From Candidatus Harrisonbacteria bacterium (lineage in GTDB: Bacteria; Patescibacteriota; Minisyncoccia; UBA6257; UBA11618): a stretch of 64,000 nt of DNA. The position numbers were made by a program, and so were the translations under genes. The DNA is taken from assembly GCA_016867415.1 (NCBI GenBank), contig VGJO01000002.1:6835-70834 (forward strand), given 5' to 3'. Shown piece after piece: positions 55,571 through 64,000 of the stretch. Each line of letters starts with the position of its first letter. Within the stretch, counting starts at the first letter, position 1. The notes beneath the pieces were generated by a model. That model made no database searches. It saw only the letters and a program-made list of their open reading frames with translations, and was not told where the DNA came from.

Positions 55571-56113
55571 TCACTTAGATAATAGCTTTCCAAACCGTTC
55601 CTTAACTTTTTCAAGCTTTGGGTTTATAACTATTTCGCAGTAAGAATTATCCGGATTCTTTGCAAAATAATCTTTATGGTAATCCTCCGCTTCATAGAAA
55701 TTTGTCAGTGGCTCTACCTCCGTCACTATAGGCTCGCCTAAAGTATGCGAATTATTTATTTCTTCTATAAATTGCTTGACTTGCTCTTTTTGGGCCTGAG
55801 TCGTATAAAAAACTACCGACCGATATTGCGTTCCCACATCATTTCCCTGTCTATTTTTTGTTGTTGGGTCATGACTACCAAAAAATACTGTAAGCAAATC
55901 AGGAAAACGTACCACGTCCGGATTATACTCCACCCGTACCACCTCCGCGTGCCCTGTTCCACCCATAGACACTGATTCATATGTTGGATTGAACGTCGTC
56001 CCTCCCGCATACCCTGGCATGACCGAGATTACACCCGCAAGCATCCGAAAGACTGCTTCCGTGCACCAGAAGCACCCGCCACCAAAAACAATAACCTCTG
56101 TTTTTGTTTTCAT
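55571..56113 (-). CDS. msrA: Peptide methionine sulfoxide reductase MsrA
   Basis: GCFWC active-site motif; 180 aa. Confidence 0.92.
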   Translation of the reverse strand: MKTKTEVIVFGGGCFWCTEAVFRMLAGVISVMPGYAGGTTFNPTYESVSMGGTGHAEVVRVEYNPDVVRFPDLLTVFFGSHDPTTKNRQGNDVGTQYRSVVFYTTQAQKEQVKQFIEEINNSHTLGEPIVTEVEPLTNFYEAEDYHKDYFAKNPDNSYCEIVINPKLEKVKERFGKLLSK

Positions 56114-56132
56114 ATATCCCTATAATAACAAA

Positions 56133-56157
56133 AACCCTCTTCTAAGAAAGAGGGTTT
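56133..56157. terminator. Bidirectional intrinsic terminator
   Basis: AAACCCUCUU CUAAGAA AGAGGGUUUUU. Confidence 0.75.
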
Positions 56158-56178
56158 TTGTGACTACTCTCAAACCCT

Positions 56179-56376
56179 TTACTCGTTGAACGCAGTGACT
56201 AGCATATAGATCGCAGAGAGGCCTACAAGGCCAAAAACTACCCGCGAAGCTAGCGACATGGTGCCAAAGATGCTGGTCACCAAGTTAAAATCGAATGCTC
56301 CGACAAGACCCCAGTTTAAACCGCCAACAATGACGAGAATAAATGCAATCCATCCTAATGCACCCATATTTTTCAT
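56179..56376 (-). CDS. DUF378-family small membrane protein
   Basis: 65 aa; GGLNWGLVGAFDFNLV motif typical of DUF378. Confidence 0.7.
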   Translation of the reverse strand: MKNMGALGWIAFILVIVGGLNWGLVGAFDFNLVTSIFGTMSLASRVVFGLVGLSAIYMLVTAFNE

Positions 56377-57019
56377 AAATGTAGTTATGATTATTGAGTA
56401 ATAGACGACCCTTTGTTTAAGTATACCATTTTCCCTTTTTATCTAAAAATTTTCCGCTAAAAGCGTATGCACAAATGACCTCGTCCGCTCGTAAGAGCCA
56501 ATTTGGTTCTGGCGAAATTATGTCCGAACTTTTTTCTAACAAACACAGCAAACGTACATGCTCTTCGAAATTTTCGAAATCGAAAGATGCCTAAGTTTGC
56601 TGGGGGAAGCTAACATTTTTATTTCAGAAGATATTAAGTTTAAATTTAGTTTAGCCAATATCGTTACGGTTAAAGAATCACATATTTGCTAATTTTTTCC
56701 ATTTTTCATCTGTGAAATTGTAGCCTTGTTCTACAAGAGTCTCCAAAACCTTATTTAGAACAATTGAAGATAATTCTATCAAACCTTAGAGTAGAAAATA
56801 GAAATGTTTGCTACAAAACGGTAAAACCATTTGATTCAATTCTGATCTCTGCAAATAGTCAATCCTGGCTGGGGATTTAAATTCTACAAACTTTTGAAAT
56901 CATCTTGCCGAACTTGATTCACAAATACAAGAAACGAAATATAAACTGACGGAATGGCCCGCCCCGCCAGCTGGCTGGGCGAACTAAACTCGTCGTCGGG
57001 AAATTTTGAGTTATCCTTG

Positions 57020-57093
57020 TTGGCTGCGGGACCTGGATTCGAACCAAGATTACCTGATCCAGAGTCAGGCGTCCTGCCTTTAGACGATCCCGC
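57020..57093 (-). tRNA. tRNA-Gln (anticodon CTG), CCA encoded
   Basis: Reverse complement TGCGGGATCGTCTAAAGGCAGGACGCCTGACTCTGGATCAGGTAATCTTGGTTCGAATCCAGGTCCCGCAGCCA; anticodon loop CTCTGGA. Confidence 0.88.
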
Positions 57094-57106
57094 AATACTG
57101 TGATGT

Positions 57107-57135
57107 GATTACACGTTTTTAGATTCTAGTTTATA
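57107..57135 (-). promoter_or_regulatory. Putative promoter for tRNA-Gln(CTG) (minus strand TTATAA-17-TGTAAT)
   Basis: Reverse complement of 57107-57135; -10 lies 13 nt upstream of the tRNA 5' end. Confidence 0.35.
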
Positions 57136-57235
57136 ATAAGAAAGCCATCTGAAGACCTGGATCCTGAATTAATTTTAGGATGACATTCATTTATCTCTCT
57201 AATAAAATCGATAAATCCAGTAAAATATACTACAA

Positions 57236-57832
57236 ATGAACTACTTTGAAAAGAGTCTTTCTTACATTTTCCTCGTTTCCTTCATCACTTTTGGAACCCC
57301 CTCCTTCGCCCACAAAGAAATTAAGAAAGAGGCCATCTCAAACGCTTCCGCATGCGAAAACGTTGACGATGAATTTAATATTTTCTTCGACGGGTTATCG
57401 ACCGAGTTTGAAGATCATGGAGTACACTGCATTAAAGGCCACGAGGATCTCTCTCTCCACATCCACGCATACATAAAAATCTATGTAGACGGTGTCGAGG
57501 ACCCTATCCCCGCAGGGATTGGCCTTACGGACACCTGCTTGGCCGAGATTCACACCCATAAAGAGACCGGCAAGATCCATATTGAATCCTCGGATGCCAC
57601 TCGTTCCTTCTCCTACCAAACTTTTTTTGACATATGGGAAAGAAACATTGACCGCCCTGGCTACACCCTAAAAATCACCCTCAATAAAAAATCCATCTCA
57701 CCCACCGACTTCCTGCAAAGCACCATCACCCCAAATGACCAAGTCCGACTCGACTACAAAGAGACTATTTTCCACCATCTACGTTCGCTCGTCGGTCAAT
57801 TCTTCTTTTTTTTCACAAAGAAGGAAGCATAA
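57236..57832 (+). CDS. Secreted/lipoprotein-like His-rich hypothetical protein
   Basis: Signal peptide; multiple HxH/HxxH clusters (HGVHCIKGHEDLSLHIHAY, EIHTHKETGKIHIE) suggesting metal binding. Confidence 0.45.
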   Translation: MNYFEKSLSYIFLVSFITFGTPSFAHKEIKKEAISNASACENVDDEFNIFFDGLSTEFEDHGVHCIKGHEDLSLHIHAYIKIYVDGVEDPIPAGIGLTDTCLAEIHTHKETGKIHIESSDATRSFSYQTFFDIWERNIDRPGYTLKITLNKKSISPTDFLQSTITPNDQVRLDYKETIFHHLRSLVGQFFFFFTKKEA

Positions 57833-57857
57833 ATCTCGGACCCTTCTCTTAAAAAAA

Positions 57858-58271
57858 TTACTCATGCATCTCCTCCGCCTTATGTGCGAGGTAATGAGAC
57901 CCTTCATAAAAAACAAGGAAGGTATAGTAAATGGCTACGGTTGCCATCCCCGTAATCATCCAGGAAACAAAAAATTGCAAAATCGTGAAAGCTGTCCCGC
58001 TCACCGCATAAAAGATAGGTGGCACCCATCCGCCAATCGGCAAAAAAGCAAAATTGAAAAAGAAACTAAGCCAAAAAGTGAAGCATACCCCGCAGGTAAG
58101 CAATTTGCGCATGAAGTAGGGTAAAGCCTCAATCCGAGATTTAACAAAGCTCTCACGGCTAAAAATTCGCCACAAAGTGACGATCGCCGAAAGAAAGAGA
58201 GTAGACAAAAAAAGATTAGTAAACATAAGAAATATAAAAATGGTGAGCGCCGTAAAAAAACGGACGCCCAC
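57858..58271 (-). CDS. Integral membrane protein, hypothetical (4 TM)
   Basis: 137 aa, hydrophobic; CGVCF motif in a TM helix. Confidence 0.45.
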   Translation of the reverse strand: MGVRFFTALTIFIFLMFTNLFLSTLFLSAIVTLWRIFSRESFVKSRIEALPYFMRKLLTCGVCFTFWLSFFFNFAFLPIGGWVPPIFYAVSGTAFTILQFFVSWMITGMATVAIYYTFLVFYEGSHYLAHKAEEMHE

Positions 58272-58288
58272 CGGTAGTGATCAGCTTT

Positions 58289-59035
58289 TCAAGCCTTTTC
58301 GTTTGCGAGTCCAAGAGGCTGCAAAGACATCACTTGAAGGGACTCCATAGCCTCCGGATTCATCACAAAGGGATACCCCTCTACCGTGATGAGGATCATT
58401 TGCCCCAAAAAGTGGTCAAGAAAGTCCTTAGCCGCTTTAAGCCGCTTTTCAGGTGGGATCTCATAGTCAAAGACTATTTTCTCCATACCCGCAAGCTGGT
58501 GATCACACCCGCACGAGTGAAAAAGCACATGACCCTCGTTTCGTCGGGCAAGGTAGCTCTGTACATGGAAGAAGAAGGGATAGTTAATCCCAAAGGCGTG
58601 CAGAGCCGCGTCGCAGATGTACCAGGGGTGGAGTAACCACGGCTGGATATTGAGGATACTATCCTCCTGCGTCGGATCTGGCCGCACACCCACCGAAGCA
58701 AGTGTGTCCCAAAAGATGGCGGGAATAATATTTCCCCACTGAGCCGCAAGCTCCGACACTGCCGAGAGATGTCGGGTCTGAATCCCTCGGATGAAAGAAT
58801 TATCTTTCGGAATTTCAAATCGACTTGCCTGAAAAGCTCCAGGCAAATAACTCCGTCCGAGAGTTTTGAGAAACTCCCAGGCTTGCTCCCCACGCCCTTG
58901 CCGCTCCTCATTAATGGCAAACCGCCGCACTCGCTCAAAGATGAGTGGGGGAAATTCCGATTGCTCAAGATACTGCCAAGGGTCAGGAAGAGTGACACTT
59001 TGTCGCGGATCGACCGACGTCCACTGAAGATTCAT
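58289..59035 (-). CDS. Hypothetical protein (conserved His/Glu/Cys-rich; possible metalloenzyme)
   Basis: 248-aa ORF; HSCGCDH cluster; immediately upstream (same strand) of the membrane protein gene. Confidence 0.4.
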   Translation of the reverse strand: MNLQWTSVDPRQSVTLPDPWQYLEQSEFPPLIFERVRRFAINEERQGRGEQAWEFLKTLGRSYLPGAFQASRFEIPKDNSFIRGIQTRHLSAVSELAAQWGNIIPAIFWDTLASVGVRPDPTQEDSILNIQPWLLHPWYICDAALHAFGINYPFFFHVQSYLARRNEGHVLFHSCGCDHQLAGMEKIVFDYEIPPEKRLKAAKDFLDHFLGQMILITVEGYPFVMNPEAMESLQVMSLQPLGLANEKA

Positions 59036-59672
59036 GAGATCTTTTCCTTAAAAGAACTGTCTTGAAAGTAACGCGGGTTTCCCCGCACTAACACACCAGC
59101 CATAAGAATAGCAAATCATAATAATTATTGCAAGTCACTTGCATTTGTAGTCGACTCCCTTCATGTACCGCACATCACACATTCTCCCCTATCCGGCTAA
59201 AAGTCCGCCGCACCCGCGGCCGGCAAGCCCTCCTTGCAATAATGAAATCCACCAAAAAACCATCTTAGAAAGAGAGCCCAGCTCTCATCACCATCAATCG
59301 GCCATATTCATATCTCCCCCTCTAGGACTTTCTTCATCAAGGTATAATTAACAAGATTGTAGCGAGTAAAAAATAAAGTCCTCTACTAGCTCATCTCGGA
59401 AAGTTATCTCCACCATCACATGATCTGCAAGAATTATGGCCTGATCAAACAGATAAAAAACTGAGCCTCCACCGCGCTCGACAAAAACACTCTAAAAACA
59501 AAAGATTTTTCCACCATCCGACATCACTCTCTTGAATTTTTCGGCCTCTGCCGCAAGTGCGCCCGTAATTAATCACCTAATCCAGCTTGACTTCTTTCTT
59601 TTCCGTAATCTCCTAAATTCACTTCTCTATGTTTTTTAATTTATCTCTTTATAGAAATTATCCTCAGTAAAA

Positions 59673-60548
59673 TTATAAAATTAAATTACTTCCTTCCTTC
59701 ACTTTCTCCCCCGCTTTTTGGATTTTTGTAAGCACTAATTTCCCGCTTTCATCGAGCCGTGAACCGAGGAGTTTCACCCGCTCATCACTCTCATTCACTG
59801 TGAAAGCCCCGGGCTCGAGGTGCAGGGCCCGAATTATATTATGAATCTTATTCGCCTTTTCTCCCCCGTTTTCGATCGCATCCCGCACATCATAGATGAG
59901 AATGAAGCCGTCCTCCGTCTGAATCTTTTTGGTAAGCGTCGCCCTCTCCTCGCTCTGTCTATGCGGCGCGATCCCCCCGGCCCTATATAGAGGCAGTGCC
60001 TCAACAAGGGCCTCCAACGAGGCCTGAGCAAGCTTTTGCTCCAGACTTTCATAAGTATCGCTCTTAGCTATCTCTACTCGTCTCTGGGCCAAAATACCCC
60101 CAGTATCCACGCCAGCATTAAGCACAAAGACCGATGTCCCCGTCTCTGTCTCCCCATTCATAATCGCGGTCTGGATCGGCGTCGCCCCCCGATATTTAGG
60201 AAGCATAGACGGATGCACCCCCACTACACCCTTCGGCGGCAACTCCACGAGCCACTGTGGCAATATCCGCCCATAGGCCGCAAGCACAAAACACTCCGCC
60301 TGGAGGCTCTCAAGCTCCTGCGAAAAACTCGCATCAAACTCCATCGGGGTAAAAATCTTGATCCCTACCCCCAGCTTCTCATTCATCTCCAAGGCCGCCT
60401 GCTTCACAAGAGATGGGGTAAGCACTTTCTTCTTCCCCTTCAAAGCATCCGGCGCAGTCACTATAGCCTGTGGCACCAGCCCCTTGCTAATCAGCCCCCG
60501 AAAAATCACCTCCGCAAACCTCGGCGTCCCAAAAAACACATACTTCAT
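59673..60548 (-). CDS. fmt: Methionyl-tRNA formyltransferase (start MKYVFFGTP; ORF extends in-frame to 60557)
   Basis: Formyltransferase SLLP motif HPSMLPKYRG, N-terminal FFGTP...; C-terminal FMT domain. Confidence 0.88.
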   Translation of the reverse strand: MKYVFFGTPRFAEVIFRGLISKGLVPQAIVTAPDALKGKKKVLTPSLVKQAALEMNEKLGVGIKIFTPMEFDASFSQELESLQAECFVLAAYGRILPQWLVELPPKGVVGVHPSMLPKYRGATPIQTAIMNGETETGTSVFVLNAGVDTGGILAQRRVEIAKSDTYESLEQKLAQASLEALVEALPLYRAGGIAPHRQSEERATLTKKIQTEDGFILIYDVRDAIENGGEKANKIHNIIRALHLEPGAFTVNESDERVKLLGSRLDESGKLVLTKIQKAGEKVKEGSNLIL

Positions 60549-60824
60549 CCCCTCCATACTACTTTCCCTTCAAAAAATTATCAAAATAGTGCTGCCATAA
60601 ACAACAAAACAAAAGAGCTGGATTCCGGCTCGGGGTCCGGAATGATAACCTCTCATATTTTCATCCACTAAGAAAAATTTCAAAAAACAGAGAAGTTTTG
60701 GAGGATTTTTTTTCGAAGGGCTAGACGCCTCCGAGTACCGCGACCAAGATGCACATAAGGGAAATACTTCGCGGGAGCGGACGGAGGAGGCAACAACGCC
60801 ATTCGGAAAAAAGACCTAAAAATC

Positions 60825-61805
60825 CTAGAATCGAGCTTTAATATATGTGCCTGCTTCGGAGACAGTTAACGCCGTCGTTGAATTCCCCGTCCTGATATAA
60901 AAATATTCCTCCCCATTATACTGCAAATACGCCGGTTGATCCGACAGCCCCACCTTGATAAGACAGAGTTCCTTATCCTCCGCCTTTAAGAAATAAAATT
61001 TTACAAACCGACGAAACTCTGCCCCAATCGTCTCCCGAAAAAGAATCGTAAAGTAATTTTCAAAGCCGTCCGAATTTTTTTTCTTCAGACTTTCATAGTC
61101 CTGCAAGAGTCCCAAGACCTCCCCTTGATCCGTGACCCCGATGAGTACCTGACCGCCATGCGTGTTTAAAAACGCCGCCACCGTTTTAAGAACTGAGTAC
61201 TCCAAAGCACTATTCACCTTCCCGAGCTTCATATCCCACCGAAATGTTGATTTGAATTCCAGATCCTCCCGCTCTCTTTCATGCAAGAGCTTCCCTAAAT
61301 CAATTTCTTTTTTCTCCTCTCGTTTATTTTCGATATTCAGCCGATGCGCAATAAGCTTTGCAGTATACTTCGGACTCTGGATATACCCCATTGCCACCGT
61401 CTGCTTATCATCTTTATCTTGTATCACCACCGTTCCATAGCGAAACATCCCGCCAAAATACTGGGCATGATGATAGGTCTTAATCGGCGGCTCAAATTTA
61501 TAAATATCTCTCTTCTTAAAAAAAACTCCCCGCTCATGAATAATAAGCCGCGGATAAACAGCATAAGTCTCCGAAAGCCACCGGAACACCGCAAACAAGA
61601 AAAGAAACGCTTCAAAGAGGATAATCCCCGTTATTTTGAGGATATCGTAAGAAATGTAGTCGTATAGATTAAAAGTCTGAAAAAGCTCGTTATAATTTGC
61701 CAAAAAACCAAGAAAAAAATACCCAAGAATCGCCAAAAGCTGATATAAGACAAGGTCCCGAATAATGACTATTGGATTCTTCTTCACGAGCAGTGGCCTA
61801 GTCAT
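60825..61805 (-). CDS. Membrane-anchored fusion of a bacterial PH (bPH_2/YdbT-like) domain and an AlbA_2 (Schlafen-like) domain
   Basis: Two N-terminal TM helices plus PH-like segment (YPRLIIHERGVFFKKRDIYKFEPPIKTYHHAQYFGGMFRYGTVVIQ); C-terminal EREDLEFKSTF...LKTVAAFLNTHGGQVLIGVTDQGEVLG is the classic AlbA_2 signature. Confidence 0.6.
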   Translation of the reverse strand: MTRPLLVKKNPIVIIRDLVLYQLLAILGYFFLGFLANYNELFQTFNLYDYISYDILKITGIILFEAFLFLFAVFRWLSETYAVYPRLIIHERGVFFKKRDIYKFEPPIKTYHHAQYFGGMFRYGTVVIQDKDDKQTVAMGYIQSPKYTAKLIAHRLNIENKREEKKEIDLGKLLHEREREDLEFKSTFRWDMKLGKVNSALEYSVLKTVAAFLNTHGGQVLIGVTDQGEVLGLLQDYESLKKKNSDGFENYFTILFRETIGAEFRRFVKFYFLKAEDKELCLIKVGLSDQPAYLQYNGEEYFYIRTGNSTTALTVSEAGTYIKARF

Positions 61806-61884
61806 GCAAAAACAATATCAGAAACCTATCCGAAGATAAAGATGCATAGAAACTCTCCTAAAAATATTACAAAGCTCATAAGGC

Positions 61885-62019
61885 GTGTCAGTTACGCGAA
61901 GTATTTTTGGATGGAGTTTGCGATTTATTTCCGAGGAGCCACCGCAGTGTACTAAGAGCTAGGTACATGAGGAGGTACCATAGGAAAAAATCGAAAAATC
62001 CGCCAAAAGTACGAGTGCC
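61885..62019 (+). repeat. Dispersed repeat family, long copy D; ends 8 nt before the stop of the LTD gene
   Basis: About 90% identical to copy B. Confidence 0.85.
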
Positions 62020-62027
62020 CTTACATA

Positions 62028-62798
62028 CTACCTATGCCACAGCTGATCCTTTTCGAGAGTAGAGTAAGAAACCTCATCTATCAGTACCCCCTCCGCATTA
62101 TAAAGAAGCACCGAATTATCTTTATATGCCAGAGCGCTCGATTTATTACTATATCTGAGATCCGCCTTCCCCGCATACTCGCTATGCGCTACGATAAAAT
62201 ACCCTCTCGGCCCAATATCTCCACTGAAAGCTTCCTTAGCCACGAGATTACTCATAATCCCACTCTTTGTTTTCTTTTTTAAAGCAAATCCCTTAAGACT
62301 GACCACTTCGTTGCTATCATTAAAAAACCGCACATACTCCGCATCCGCATTCGTCTCCGATCCAGCCATAAGTTCAAGTATTCTTATTGAGGAAGAACTA
62401 ATGACGTTTGAAGTGCTACTAGTACTCACAGTACTCGTCGGACTCGTACTCGCATAATCCGTCACTTTATAAGAAATTATGGGCAGTGCCGAGGCCTGCA
62501 CTCCCGTCCCAAACTCCGCCATGTTTTTTTGACTAGCTGGAGCAATGTCAGTGGACCGAGGCTCTGCCTTAGCTACCAACACCTGAGCCTCTTCCTCTCT
62601 TTTTAGATTCACTACTACCTTCTCTTCTTTCTTATCCTGATCCTTTTCTCCCAATATCTGCGACAATTTCTCCTCCCCTTCTCGCTTTGAAAGCATCTCT
62701 GTCTGTGCGATAAGCCACTCTCTAAAACCCGGCATAAAAAAGACCACTCCCACCTCAACCAAAACCAGCGCCCCTAAAATACCAACAAAAAACTTCAT
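62028..62798 (-). CDS. Secreted/membrane-anchored lamin-tail-domain (LTD) protein, ComEC-associated type
   Basis: N-terminal TM; Ser/Thr-rich linker; C-terminal LTD-like beta domain (ILELMAGSE...EYVRFFN...GYFIVAHSEY...LLYNAEGVLIDEVSY). Confidence 0.55.
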   Translation of the reverse strand: MKFFVGILGALVLVEVGVVFFMPGFREWLIAQTEMLSKREGEEKLSQILGEKDQDKKEEKVVVNLKREEEAQVLVAKAEPRSTDIAPASQKNMAEFGTGVQASALPIISYKVTDYASTSPTSTVSTSSTSNVISSSSIRILELMAGSETNADAEYVRFFNDSNEVVSLKGFALKKKTKSGIMSNLVAKEAFSGDIGPRGYFIVAHSEYAGKADLRYSNKSSALAYKDNSVLLYNAEGVLIDEVSYSTLEKDQLWHR

Positions 62799-62839
62799 AC
62801 AATTATCAGATTTATATTTAAAAACGAATAAGTAGATTT

Positions 62840-62960
62840 AAGTAAAGTAATTTTGGAGAATTTTTCGATTTTCTTTTCGAGCAGCGAGCGGAGCATACTC
62901 CAGAAAGTCTGTGAGCACACAGCGCAGAAAAAAAATCAAAAAGACCCAAAAGTACGAGTT
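62840..62960 (+). repeat. Dispersed repeat family, copy E; directly abuts the stop codon of the ComEC-MBL gene
   Basis: AAGTAATTTTGGAGAATTTTTCGATTTTCTTTTCGAGCAGCG...CAGAAAAAAAATCAAAAAGACCCAAAAGTACGAGTTTC. Confidence 0.8.
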
Positions 62961-63818
62961 TCATGGCTTAATATCTAACACTATTCTTTTAGTCTTGTGA
63001 AGATCTGTTCTATAGATAAGAGCATCACTACTCGCCAAAAGCTCCAAGACCTCCGACGTTGGATGTCCATAATTATTCTTACCCACCTCGATCACTGCTA
63101 CCTTGGGCGCAACTTTTTTTACAAATACTTCCGCCGAAGAATTCCGCGAGCCATGATGTGCCACCTTTAATATGTCCACAGTAAGATCTGGGTACTTCTC
63201 TATAATCCGTTTTTCCGTCTCTTTCCCGATATCCGCGGTAAAAAGCACTCGCCGCCCCGTCCCCGAGGTATAAAGCATCACTATCCCCGCTTCATTCGTC
63301 CCCTTCGCGCGTAAAGCCTGTATATCTGGCATAAGAATATCAATCCGTTCCTCCCGATAGCGAATCTTATCTCCCGCCCGTAAGCTAATCGATTGCTTCG
63401 CCTTTTTCTCTGCAGTGGCAAGAAGTTTCTTATATGTTGATTTCTCGACCATCACCCCATTTCCCGCAAACACTCCCGCTTCGTAGACATCAAAAAGCGG
63501 CAAAAGCCCGCCATAATGATCATAATCCGGATGCGTCGCTATCACTACATCGATGTATGGGGTAGGAATAGTCTGTTCACTCAAGCGATCAATAATCTTC
63601 CGATCCCGTCCGCCATCAATCAGTATCCTGACAAATCCTCCCTCACCATCCGGCATCTCAATCATCTCCGCGTCTCCCTGGCCCACATCAAAAAAGACTA
63701 CTCGCGGCAAACCATCCGAAAAAATCTGCGGCGAGAAAAAAGACACTCCTAAAAAAAGATCGAGGAAAAAAAGACCGCTCAAAATTACAGCCACCTGTCT
63801 TTTTTCAAGTCTAATCAT
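62961..63818 (-). CDS. ComEC/Rec2-type metallo-beta-lactamase-fold domain protein (standalone C-terminal ComEC domain with N-terminal TM)
   Basis: MBL motifs ATHPDYDHYGG (HxHxDH), KVAHHGS, YGHP; next to the LTD protein. Confidence 0.75.
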   Translation of the reverse strand: MIRLEKRQVAVILSGLFFLDLFLGVSFFSPQIFSDGLPRVVFFDVGQGDAEMIEMPDGEGGFVRILIDGGRDRKIIDRLSEQTIPTPYIDVVIATHPDYDHYGGLLPLFDVYEAGVFAGNGVMVEKSTYKKLLATAEKKAKQSISLRAGDKIRYREERIDILMPDIQALRAKGTNEAGIVMLYTSGTGRRVLFTADIGKETEKRIIEKYPDLTVDILKVAHHGSRNSSAEVFVKKVAPKVAVIEVGKNNYGHPTSEVLELLASSDALIYRTDLHKTKRIVLDIKP

Positions 63819-64000
63819 ATTTTTATTCTATTGGTCTGGTGCCCAAAACCCAATCTTTCTTTATAAAAAATATCGCCAGTAAAAGATAATAAAGAACAAA
63901 GATCGGAAATGGCAATGGTATATCTAAAGAAAAACTATGCGCACTGAAAAAATCCGCCAAGAGAAAAAAGAATCGGAAAGGCAATTCCAAAAGAAGCCAT

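Noticed and set aside
60690-60840. Possible additional degenerate copy (K) of the dispersed repeat (GGAAAAAAGACCTAAAAATCCTAGAATCGAGC)
   Set aside because: Similarity is weak and the segment overlaps the 3' coding end of the 60825..61805 gene rather than abutting it; not counted.
62034-62282. 82-aa + strand ORF immediately after repeat copy D
   Set aside because: Entirely antisense to the LTD gene (62028..62798), with no independent support.
1-64000. CRISPR array
   Set aside because: No regularly spaced direct repeats of 24-48 nt with unique spacers were seen; the recurrent intergenic repeats are 35-170 nt single-copy insertions at gene boundaries, not an array.

Overview
This 64-kb window looks like a small, streamlined bacterial genome with Candidate Phyla Radiation (Patescibacteria) hallmarks. 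A near-complete str/S10/spc ribosomal super-operon occupies 1..16.5 kb, all on the + strand (rpsL-rpsG-fusA ... tuf-rpsJ-rplCDWB-rpsS-rplV-rpsC-rplP-rpmC-rpsQ-rplNXE-rpsZ-rpsH-rplFR-rpsE-rplO-secY-adk-map). It lacks L30, has a compact L3 and a Zn-ribbon L24, and stops after map with no infA-rpmJ-rpsM-rpsK-rpoA-rplQ. After map come greA, lysS, alr, an ftsQ-like gene and ychF. At about 24.2 kb the genes switch to the minus strand: a divisome/cell-wall block (M23 peptidase, gltX, murG, M16 peptidase, ftsW, mraY, a D-Ala-D-Ala carboxypeptidase, scpB/scpA), then dnaX, lexA, bcp, rnhA, nrnA, rpmA, pgk, rplI, ctpA, def, a DEAD-box helicase, msrA, fmt and split ComEC-related genes. RNA genes found are tRNA-Arg(TCG), two tRNA-Gln (TTG and CTG) and a type-A RNase P RNA (rnpB), all on the minus strand. 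The most unusual things in the sequence are: (1) a dispersed family of at least 10 intergenic repeats (74-170 nt, shared 3' core AAAAGTAYGAGYGYC preceded by helically phased A-tracts), all in the same + orientation and always abutting the left end of the next gene whatever its strand; (2) a single-chain tandem-duplicated CsrA; (3) a roughly 320-nt non-coding transcript unit on the minus strand bracketed by a perfect consensus sigma70 promoter and an intrinsic terminator (candidate novel ncRNA); (4) a 162-nt near-perfect long hairpin element upstream of dnaX; (5) a 240-bp structured spacer with two terminators and an internal promoter inside the spc operon; (6) a membrane bPH-Schlafen(AlbA_2) fusion protein beside a split ComEC (LTD protein plus standalone MBL domain). 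No CRISPR array, rRNA or tmRNA was detected. All calls come from reading the sequence and ORF translations by eye; no searches were run.
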